Sequence record: MW394390.1
Origin: Klebsiella phage vB_KpM_FBKp34
Strand: one strand, 5' to 3'
DNA length: 64,000 bases
Both the position numbers and the translations under genes were made by a program. A model generated the notes under the pieces. That model did no database searches. It was given only the letters and a program-made list of their open reading frames with translations, and was not told the DNA's origin. Below, piece after piece: positions 56,599-64,000 of this stretch. Numbering within the stretch: position 1 is the stretch's first letter; each line of letters starts with the position of its first letter.

Positions 56599-57374
56599 TG
56601 AGACGTCTTATAGTAATAAGTGGGGCGGGCTTCTCTGCGGAGAGCGGTGTACGTACATTCCGCACAGATACTGAATCTGGGAAAGCTTTATGGGATGAAT
56701 ATGACCTTGAGGAGGTTTGTAACATACACGCCTTCCGTGGTAACTTCTACCATAAAACACACATGTTTTATAACAAGCGTCGTGCAGAGTTACCAACGGT
56801 ACACCCGAATGCTGCACATCTTCGTGTTGCTGAATGGTACAAACGTTATCCTGGACAAGTTATCAACATGACGACTAACGTCGATGATTTGTTGGAACGT
56901 GCAGGTGTACCGAAAGAAGATACTCTGTACATTCATGGATACCTGAAAGAAATTCGTTATCAGATGCATGAGGATTCTGAAGAAGAATTGGTGGATATTG
57001 GTTATGCACAAATTGATCCTGATGATTATTATTGGTGCAAACCAAACGTAGTATTTTTTGGGGAGAATGCTCCGGCCTATGCTGCTATGTATGACACCTT
57101 GGAGTCATTGACAAATCAGGATCTTGTAATTGTTGTAGGCTGTTCAAATACAGTTATTAACTTCAACTGGGAACTTTTCCCTGCTTCAAGGATTGGTACT
57201 AAGGTTGTTGTAGTCAATCCAAATGTTCGGTATGATGAGCAGTTGATGTACGAAGATGCTGGTGTTATAGTTTATCGGACTGGAGCAGTGGATGCCTTTA
57301 GTAACTTAGATCTGATTAAAATGGTTGAAGACCATCTCGAAGGTAAAACTGGGCTTCAAAAATTAGGAAAATGA
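56598..57374 (+). CDS. Sir2-family (sirtuin-like) NAD-dependent protein
   Basis: GAGFSAESGVRTFR (sirtuin GAGISxxSGIPxFR motif). Catalytic IHG. VVFFGE. VVGCSNTV. The zinc-binding cysteines are mostly absent. Confidence 0.7.
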   Translation: MRRLIVISGAGFSAESGVRTFRTDTESGKALWDEYDLEEVCNIHAFRGNFYHKTHMFYNKRRAELPTVHPNAAHLRVAEWYKRYPGQVINMTTNVDDLLERAGVPKEDTLYIHGYLKEIRYQMHEDSEEELVDIGYAQIDPDDYYWCKPNVVFFGENAPAYAAMYDTLESLTNQDLVIVVGCSNTVINFNWELFPASRIGTKVVVVNPNVRYDEQLMYEDAGVIVYRTGAVDAFSNLDLIKMVEDHLEGKTGLQKLGK

Positions 57375-57378
57375 GATA

Positions 57379-57564
57379 ATGAAGAAACTTTATATTGTAA
57401 TTAAAGATTCACTGCTTGCTTCTTTTCAAGATGGAGATAAAATAGAAGTTGAATGGGATGAACAAGAAGAACCATTTCTTAGGAGTCTTCGTGATCCAGA
57501 TGATATTGTTGAGTTTAATCATCTAATTTATCACCATGTTTTATTTGAAGTCATTAAGGAGTAG
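57379..57564 (+). CDS. hypothetical small protein
   Basis: ORF. Confidence 0.35.
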   Translation: MKKLYIVIKDSLLASFQDGDKIEVEWDEQEEPFLRSLRDPDDIVEFNHLIYHHVLFEVIKE

Positions 57565-57566
57565 AG

Positions 57567-57785
57567 ATGAATCTTTATGTTAGCTTTGGTCAAAAATATA
57601 ATCTCAGAAACAGTCTTATGAAATTTGAAGGCAAAAATGAGGATCAAATTCGAGACTATATGATGAAGGTTTATAAAAATAAATACGCCTTCATTTATGA
57701 AGAATCAGAAGCATTGCGACAAGTTGATGTTTATGGTTTAAATATTGTTCTTCCTGGAGAGGAACTTTATGAACGTGTTAACTAG
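57567..57785 (+). CDS. hypothetical small protein
   Basis: ORF. Confidence 0.35.
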   Translation: MNLYVSFGQKYNLRNSLMKFEGKNEDQIRDYMMKVYKNKYAFIYEESEALRQVDVYGLNIVLPGEELYERVN

Positions 57786-57793
57786 GAGAAAAT

Positions 57794-58012
57794 ATGCAAA
57801 TTTACTTAAATGATAAAGTTAAGATTAAAGATGGTGTTTTTGATGAGCTAGGTAATCAAAATATTGACTTATCTGGTAGGATTGGATATGTTTCTAGAAT
57901 TGGTTATCGGTCAGATGAATTCCCTTTTGCTGTTAGTCTTGTAAGTAAAGAGACTGGACAGATTGAAAAAGAATTAGTTTTTAATATTGACGAATTGGAG
58001 GTTATATCTTGA
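57794..58012 (+). CDS. hypothetical small protein
   Basis: ORF. Confidence 0.35.
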   Translation: MQIYLNDKVKIKDGVFDELGNQNIDLSGRIGYVSRIGYRSDEFPFAVSLVSKETGQIEKELVFNIDELEVIS

Positions 58013-59370
58013 CACTAACTGAAATTATTAATGAACTTGCTTCTACTTCTTCTAAAAATGAAAAAGAAGCTATCATGATCAAAAACAAAGATAATAAAGA
58101 TCTTAAGCGTCTTTTTGAAGTAACTTATTCTAAAGACTTAAACTTTTTTGTGCGTCAATTTAAAGTGGATCTAATTAATACCGAAGGTTTAATGGATATT
58201 AATGAAAGCATTGAAATGCTTGTTAATGAGGTTGCTTCAAGAAATTATACGGGTAATGATGCACGAAGCTATATGACACAACTTGTGCAAACTTGTAAAG
58301 AACCAGAACTACTTTTAAAAGTAATCAACCGTGATCTTGAATGTGGAGTTCAACAAACAATTACAAATAAAGTATGGAAAGATATTATCACTGATCCGCC
58401 ATATATGAGTTACAAACTCTTTAAGCCAGAGTTGATCAAGAAGTTAAAATTTCCAGCTTATTCTGATGTAAAACAGGACGGTCTGTATGCTGATGTTATT
58501 GTTCATAAAGACTTAATTATTTATCGGTCAAGGTCGGGTAAAGAACTTAATTTCCGTCTACCTGAAAGTGAAGAGCGTAAACTTAAAGAATTGGCAGAAT
58601 ATCCTGGTGAATCTTTTGTTCTTCATTCAGAAGCCCTTGTCATTGATCCATCTTATCCAAATGGAGTTCAACCTCGTGAAATAGGTAATGGATACTTGAA
58701 TCAAGACCCAGAACTTATTGATTGTAATAAAGTTAAATTAGTAACTTGGGATATGGTCACTTATAAAGAATATCTAGCACGTAAAAGTGAAGAGACTTAT
58801 GATATTCGTCGTGAAGAACTTAGATGCCTCACACAACATTTAAAATCAAATCATGTTGAAATGATTGAAGGTGTTGTGGTAAACTCTATCTCTGAAATTA
58901 TTGATCATTTTATTGCTTGTCGTAAAAAAGGTCTTGAAGGTACTGTAGTTAAATCATTTACACTTCTTTGGGAAGATAAGAAAGTTTCCCAAGGTATTAA
59001 GATTAAAAATGAGTTTGATGCAGAATTTGTTATTGTTGGCTACATTGAACATAAGAAAAAGCCTGGATGGATTGGATCTCTCCTTGTTGAGAGTTCAGAT
59101 GGTAAAATTAAATTCGGTGTTGGTTCTGGTTTAACTGACAAACTAAGAAAAGAACCTTTTGAGAATTTCAAATTAAAAATTCTTACTGTTAAAGGTAATG
59201 ATATTGGTTGTTCTGAATCAAAAGATACTTGGTCTGTTTTCTTACCACGTTATGTTGAGCTTCGTAATGATAAAACCAAAGCAAATACATTTGAAGAATG
59301 TATGGAAGCAAAAGATTCAATAATTGCAGTTCTGAAAGAGATTGCTGAAGACTTAGAGAATAAGGAGTAA
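58009..59370 (+). CDS. ATP-dependent DNA ligase
   Basis: Motif I VKQDGLYADVIV (KxDG). 453 aa. Confidence 0.7.
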   Translation: MTLTEIINELASTSSKNEKEAIMIKNKDNKDLKRLFEVTYSKDLNFFVRQFKVDLINTEGLMDINESIEMLVNEVASRNYTGNDARSYMTQLVQTCKEPELLLKVINRDLECGVQQTITNKVWKDIITDPPYMSYKLFKPELIKKLKFPAYSDVKQDGLYADVIVHKDLIIYRSRSGKELNFRLPESEERKLKELAEYPGESFVLHSEALVIDPSYPNGVQPREIGNGYLNQDPELIDCNKVKLVTWDMVTYKEYLARKSEETYDIRREELRCLTQHLKSNHVEMIEGVVVNSISEIIDHFIACRKKGLEGTVVKSFTLLWEDKKVSQGIKIKNEFDAEFVIVGYIEHKKKPGWIGSLLVESSDGKIKFGVGSGLTDKLRKEPFENFKLKILTVKGNDIGCSESKDTWSVFLPRYVELRNDKTKANTFEECMEAKDSIIAVLKEIAEDLENKE

Positions 59371-59371
59371 A

Positions 59372-60031
59372 ATGAACACTATTAATACATATCTTAAACC
59401 ACTGGATTTTTCAAAATATTTTAAGCGTGTTGTTGAATGGAATGCTACTGCACGTGGTGGAAAGCATGACTTCTCAGATAAAACACTAAATAAACAAAAA
59501 GAGCTTGTTGCAGAAGAGATCAAAGAACTTAAGGAAGCAATAGATGCCTCAGACACTGTTGAAGTTCTTGATGCACTTTGTGATATCTTTGTAGTTGCAA
59601 GCTATTATCATTTCCTACAAATGAATGGAGAACTAAAAGATTTAAGCCTGAAGATTTTAACTCCGTTATCTGGTATTGATTATTACACCAGTATGATTTA
59701 TGATTTTGAAACATTGGATAATGGGTTAATGGTAACATCCGATGTGTGTGCTCTACTGTATCAATTCAATGGTTTTGCAACAGCCGCATTGGAGGAAGTA
59801 CTCTCTAGTAATGATAGTAAATTCCCTAAAGTTGAAAAATTCGGAAAACAAAAATCTAAACGAGAACTTGCTCTTAATAATGAATGTGCTATGATTGAAA
59901 CTCGATCAGAAGGACGGTACTCTGAAGTTAAATGGGAAATTCGAGGTGATCGAGTAGTATTTTTAGATGGAAATGGGAAAATAATGAAGCCATTTACATT
60001 CAAATCTCCTAATCTTAAACCTTTCTGTTGA
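59372..60031 (+). CDS. MazG-like nucleotide pyrophosphohydrolase
   Basis: EEIKELKEAIDASDTVEVLDALCDIFVVA (EExxE...D motif). Confidence 0.5.
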   Translation: MNTINTYLKPLDFSKYFKRVVEWNATARGGKHDFSDKTLNKQKELVAEEIKELKEAIDASDTVEVLDALCDIFVVASYYHFLQMNGELKDLSLKILTPLSGIDYYTSMIYDFETLDNGLMVTSDVCALLYQFNGFATAALEEVLSSNDSKFPKVEKFGKQKSKRELALNNECAMIETRSEGRYSEVKWEIRGDRVVFLDGNGKIMKPFTFKSPNLKPFC

Positions 60032-60038
60032 GGTATTT

Positions 60039-60146
60039 ATGTGGAATATGGGAGTTAATGTGACATCACTAATTGGTGCATGTGTTATCTTTGGTATCGT
60101 TGTTGGATTCTTGTTTGGTGTAATCTTAGGGGCAATTGTATGGTAA
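60039..60146 (+). CDS. small hydrophobic membrane peptide (35 aa), not in the ORF track
   Basis: MWNMGVNVTSLIGACVIFGIVVGFLFGVILGAIVW. GAGG SD. ATGGTAA overlap with the next gene. Confidence 0.35.
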   Translation: MWNMGVNVTSLIGACVIFGIVVGFLFGVILGAIVW

Positions 60147-60412
60147 ACTCTTCTATTTTTGAAGTTATCCTTAAGAAGTGGATCAAGAGTATCAAAGAGG
60201 CGGGGTTTAACGACCCCACTAAAGAAGTTATTAAGGCTACAGTTGGTGGAAAACTTCTAGTCATCCAATTGTACACAGAAGACCAATGGGAAAAGAAAAC
60301 AAGTAAGACAGTTGCACAGCGAGCTTTGAAAAATATAGGATTAGATAAATTGCCAGATTACACAGTATGTGTGGACGGTGTTATTTACTTAGTAGAGATT
60401 GTTAAAAGTTAA
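60140..60412 (+). CDS. hypothetical protein
   Basis: ATG 60140 (MVNSS). The ORF-track start at 60080 would overlap the peptide gene. Confidence 0.4.
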   Translation: MVNSSIFEVILKKWIKSIKEAGFNDPTKEVIKATVGGKLLVIQLYTEDQWEKKTSKTVAQRALKNIGLDKLPDYTVCVDGVIYLVEIVKS

Positions 60413-60424
60413 TGGGAGATTTTA

Positions 60425-61360
60425 ATGACTAATAAAGAAATTGTAAAAGCAATGAAAGGGTTTGTGGTATATGAAGTTAAAGGCGAAGTTGATCTAAGTG
60501 AAATTCTTAAAGCAGATAATTTTGAATACCGCAAGTATAAAATTGCGCAAGAAGATGAACTGTCTACTATTGGTTTTTTACCTACAGTTGAGCTTGAGTG
60601 TAATGACGATGGCGAAATTGTTCGGGAAGAGGAGTTTGTGTCAGAGTTTTCCGGTCTTCAGGTAGTATCTATTGGATCATCTAAGCGTAAAGTACCCGGC
60701 AATGAAGTTAAAAAACTGGTAAACCAGAAAATTAAAGATTTTATTAAACAAGCTAAAGACAATGGTGAGGAAGAAGTTAAGGTTGATAAAGATACCAAAG
60801 AAATCTTTAAAGAAGAAGCTATCAAAGAACTTATGCCAAAATGCTTCGTAGATGAATACCAGACATTTGCATTCCATGATAAAACTAATGGTCTGTTTTT
60901 TGTATTTAGTAATTCTTTCAAGAAGGCAGAACAAATTAATGGTCTTATCCGTTCTGTAATTGGGTCACTCCCCGTTGTTCCTCTTAGTGTAGAAAATGTT
61001 GACATTGGTAAGAAGTTCTCTGATTTTATTACTGTCCCACTAAATGATAAAATTACTCTGGAAGATTTTGCAGAGATTGAAAATGATTCTGGAATTGTAA
61101 CATTCAAAAAAGAATCTTTATATAGTGCAGAGATTGCAGGAGAAGTGCTGGAGCAATCATCAGATGCTTTTGTAAGCAAGATTGGCCTAAACTATGATGG
61201 TACATTATCTTTCGTAGTTTCTAATGACCTTGTGTTCTCTAATCTCAAGTTTGAAAGCTATCTTACTGTATCTGGAAATGATTTCAAATCTACTTTCTTG
61301 CTTGCAGCAAATGAGGTTAAAGATTCAACACTAGAATTGATTAAAGAGCTTAAAAAATAA
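60425..61360 (+). CDS. RdgC-like recombination-associated protein
   Basis: VIGSLPVVPLSVEN matches the E. coli RdgC SLGSLPVVPLSMEN. Size 311 aa. Confidence 0.6.
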   Translation: MTNKEIVKAMKGFVVYEVKGEVDLSEILKADNFEYRKYKIAQEDELSTIGFLPTVELECNDDGEIVREEEFVSEFSGLQVVSIGSSKRKVPGNEVKKLVNQKIKDFIKQAKDNGEEEVKVDKDTKEIFKEEAIKELMPKCFVDEYQTFAFHDKTNGLFFVFSNSFKKAEQINGLIRSVIGSLPVVPLSVENVDIGKKFSDFITVPLNDKITLEDFAEIENDSGIVTFKKESLYSAEIAGEVLEQSSDAFVSKIGLNYDGTLSFVVSNDLVFSNLKFESYLTVSGNDFKSTFLLAANEVKDSTLELIKELKK

Positions 61361-61417
61361 TATTGACTTGGCAGGCAGAGATGTGATACTCTTTGCCTGT
61401 TCAACAAAGGGGATAAT

Positions 61418-61645
61418 ATGAAAAATCTATTTGTGGCAATCTTTATCATTTTAGTGGCTACTCTTGTTTTGTTGTTTTCTCAAAGTTCAAGAGCAACACA
61501 AATCACTCTAACTGATCCAGATGAGCAAATCACTTCAGACGGTAAGATGTGTGTTTATGAAAACTCACAAGTAACTAAGGTCATCTACGTAGGTGAACAT
61601 TCTAAATGTCCTTATGCAAAAACTTTTACAGTAGAAGATGAGTAA
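61418..61645 (+). CDS. small secreted or membrane-anchored protein
   Basis: N-terminal signal or TM helix. Confidence 0.4.
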   Translation: MKNLFVAIFIILVATLVLLFSQSSRATQITLTDPDEQITSDGKMCVYENSQVTKVIYVGEHSKCPYAKTFTVEDE

Positions 61646-61659
61646 AATTAGGAGGTGTT

Positions 61660-62757
61660 ATTAGCTTTAATACAATAAAAATAGAAGACTTACCAAAGTA
61701 TATTGATGAAAATACTAAATTGGTAATAGACTACGATCAGGCAGCATTTCAATCTGCCGCGGCTCTTGAAAAACGTGAAATAAAAGCTATTCATAAAGCC
61801 TCTGGTCGTAGTATGACATTTAAAAATAGAACAGAGTTCTATGGTAAAAAGAAAAACTCATTGGAAGATAGTTGGCTTGGTGATCAAAACACTATGCGAG
61901 AAGCAAAAGGACAAAGACCTTTCTCCAAAGATGAATTTGACATTGAAGATGTTCAAATTGCCTCAGAAGTCTCGCATACCCTTTATGAATGTAAACGTAG
62001 AATAGAAAACTATTGTAAGCATTTAGGTATTGAAGATTATTTTGGAGTAATCGGAAAAGGTGAAACATTCCGCCATGAGTTACCCCTCCCACAAAAATAT
62101 AAATCTAATCGAGATACTGCTCTTAGACCATTACTGTTAACAGAAGCTAAAGATTATTTGGTAGAATACCACGAAGGTAAGATTGTAACTGGTATTGAGG
62201 CCGATGATATGTTAACTCGTTATGGCTACAGAGGTTGGCTTGATTATAAAAAGACGGGGAAATTTTCCTACCTTGTAGGCACCATGGATAAAGACCAACG
62301 TGGAACACCTTGCCTATACTTTGACATTTTTGCTCAAAAAGGAAAGTTTAGAGATCCAGATCCTATTCTCATTGACGATGGACTCGGTGAAATCTGGCTG
62401 CAAAAAGGAGAGGTTAAGGGTTATGGTGCAAAATGGCTGGCAGTTCAAATGTGTAAAGGTGATGAATCTGACCATGTGAGACCATATCAAGATTTTGGAA
62501 TAGTTTATGGTGATACATCTTGTTATCACGATTTTCATGATGCAAAATCTGCTAAAGATCTATTTACAAGAGTTCTTAATAGATTCGTAGAATGGTTTCC
62601 TGATGGTGTAGAGTATGATGCATGGAATGGTCAACATATGAAACTTAACTCTTTAGAGTGGGCTAATATGATGTTTAAACTTGTCTACATGCACAGGATT
62701 AAAGATGATCCAACAACTTTCACAAAACTTCTTCAACACTACGGAGTTCTTAAATAG
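61660..62757 (+). CDS. T4 RNase H-like 5'-3' exonuclease / flap endonuclease; start codon uncertain (AUU 61660 or UUG 61720)
   Basis: LVIDYDQAAFQSAAA resembles T4 RNase H ICLIDFSQIALSTAL. IEADDML resembles YEADDHI. The frame is open from 61642 with a GGAGG SD at 61651-55. Confidence 0.65.
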   Translation: MSFNTIKIEDLPKYIDENTKLVIDYDQAAFQSAAALEKREIKAIHKASGRSMTFKNRTEFYGKKKNSLEDSWLGDQNTMREAKGQRPFSKDEFDIEDVQIASEVSHTLYECKRRIENYCKHLGIEDYFGVIGKGETFRHELPLPQKYKSNRDTALRPLLLTEAKDYLVEYHEGKIVTGIEADDMLTRYGYRGWLDYKKTGKFSYLVGTMDKDQRGTPCLYFDIFAQKGKFRDPDPILIDDGLGEIWLQKGEVKGYGAKWLAVQMCKGDESDHVRPYQDFGIVYGDTSCYHDFHDAKSAKDLFTRVLNRFVEWFPDGVEYDAWNGQHMKLNSLEWANMMFKLVYMHRIKDDPTTFTKLLQHYGVLK

Positions 62758-62765
62758 GAGGTAGC

Positions 62766-63386
62766 ATATACACAATAGGAATCGATCAATCATACTCCAA
62801 CTTTGCTTATGTTATTTTTGACAATAATCAGCAAGTAATAGACAGAGGAGTTTTGCACACAGGAGATAATAATGAATCTAATTCCAAAAAACAGTTCGGG
62901 AAGTATTATAATTCAACCCAAGAACAACTCCAATACCTCTACTCAGAATTCAAGCCAGTGGTATCTAAATATTCCCCTTGTCAGTTGGTATTTGAGGGCT
63001 TATCCTTCGGTTCTATCGGTAATAGAGTTTTTGATCTTGGCGGGCTATTTTATTTCATTACAACTTCACTAGTAATGGAAGGTCTTGTTAACATTAAAGA
63101 CATACATACCGTGACGCCTACATCTGCTAAAAAACTTGCGAGAGATCACCTAAGTGAAGATGATCAATACGAGAAAGATAAGTCAGGTAATGTTGTAATA
63201 GCTAAGAACAAAAAACCTAAATTGAAGAAAATGGATAAACCAGATATGCTTAAGGCTCTTAATAATACAGATGACAAGTGGATTGTTGATGGATATTCAG
63301 CAAGTTCAGTTAAAATTCAAACAGGTATTAAAGACCTTCCAGATGCATATTGGTTAGCAAGAACTTTCTTAAAGGAGGTTGTATAG
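62766..63386 (+). CDS. RuvC-like Holliday junction resolvase; apparent AUA start after an AGGAGG SD
   Basis: IYTIGIDQSYSNFAYVIFD resembles RuvC MAIILGIDPGSRVTGYGV. This motif lies upstream of the first canonical start, TTG at 62853. Confidence 0.55.
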   Translation: MYTIGIDQSYSNFAYVIFDNNQQVIDRGVLHTGDNNESNSKKQFGKYYNSTQEQLQYLYSEFKPVVSKYSPCQLVFEGLSFGSIGNRVFDLGGLFYFITTSLVMEGLVNIKDIHTVTPTSAKKLARDHLSEDDQYEKDKSGNVVIAKNKKPKLKKMDKPDMLKALNNTDDKWIVDGYSASSVKIQTGIKDLPDAYWLARTFLKEVV

Positions 63387-63934
63387 CAAGGAAAACATTT
63401 AAAAGGAAGAGTTCTACAAAATCTAAAACAAAGAAAATAGCAGTAGAACTCAATCCTTCTTTTTGGTTAAGAAATACAGAAGAAGTTCGTAAATGGAGGG
63501 AAGAACATAAACCTGAATCTGGTCTATGTCCTATCCTTAAAATAAAACCTAGAATTTGGACTCTGGATCATGACCATGCAACAGGTGAGGTGAGAGGGGT
63601 TATCTCTAGTTTAGGTAATCTTGCAGAAGGAAGATTCAACAGAGTATATGAAAAATATTTAGCAAATCATACTGATCTTTCTTTCTCAGAAGTGATGAGG
63701 AATCTTGCAGATTATTTAGAAAGGGCTGAACATTTTGAAAATATGTTACATCACAGATTTGTAGAAGATCAGAGAAAATATCTTAATAGATGCACTAAAG
63801 CAACTATAGCTATTAAAGCTAAAGACTCATTCCAATTAATATTGGATGAAAATATAATGAGTAAAGAAGAAATGATCTATGCTTATCTTGTTGAATTTGT
63901 AAAAGCTTATGAGGAAATGAATGGAAAAACTTAA
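63383..63934 (+). CDS. T4 endonuclease VII-like resolvase (start AUA 63383 or UUG 63350)
   Basis: LDHDHATGEVRGVISSLGNLAEG resembles T4 endo VII HLDHDH...VRGLLCNLCNAAEG. Upstream GLCPIL. GGAGG SD 4 nt before ATA. Confidence 0.55.
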   Translation: MARKTFKRKSSTKSKTKKIAVELNPSFWLRNTEEVRKWREEHKPESGLCPILKIKPRIWTLDHDHATGEVRGVISSLGNLAEGRFNRVYEKYLANHTDLSFSEVMRNLADYLERAEHFENMLHHRFVEDQRKYLNRCTKATIAIKAKDSFQLILDENIMSKEEMIYAYLVEFVKAYEEMNGKT

Positions 63935-64000
63935 GTTCTATTATATTAATTGGAAAGGAGAGAAAAGTTTAAGAACTGTACAAGATCCTAAATTCTGGTT

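Overview
This 64-kb window reads as a contiguous segment of a large virulent myovirus genome, AT-rich and densely packed with genes; the gene content (nadV, prs and a big tRNA cluster) resembles Felix O1-like phages. Bases 1-8.7 kb (+ strand) form a replication module: an AP2/HNH homing endonuclease, a primase-helicase, a family-A DNA polymerase, and an SSB with an E. coli-like DDDIPF tail. Bases 8.8-34.3 kb (- strand) form a complete morphogenesis module: terminase, portal, scaffold, capsid, sheath, tube, frameshifted chaperones, tape measure, baseplate, tail fibres, and a 1200-aa fibre ending in an S74 self-cleaving chaperone. Bases 34.7-42.5 kb hold two minus-strand tRNA arrays with 16 readable tRNAs plus several truncated, permuted or insert-bearing tRNA-like elements. 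These arrays are interrupted by an overlapping spanin pair, an IS200/IS605-type tnpB element and small ORFs. Bases 42.8-49 kb (- strand) carry a vWA protein, nadV (nicotinamide phosphoribosyltransferase), an HNH homing endonuclease wedged between nadV and prs, and prs. Bases 49.4-64 kb (+ strand) carry NAD-related genes (a NadR-like NMNAT/kinase, a PnuC-like transporter and a Sir2-like protein). They also carry an apparent RNA-repair set (phosphoesterase, ligase-family nucleotidyltransferase, P-loop kinase) and a DNA ligase, MazG, RdgC, a T4 RNase H-like FEN, and RuvC-like and endonuclease VII-like resolvases. The last three nuclease genes appear to start at AUU/AUA codons behind strong SD sequences. 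No CRISPR array or rRNA is present.
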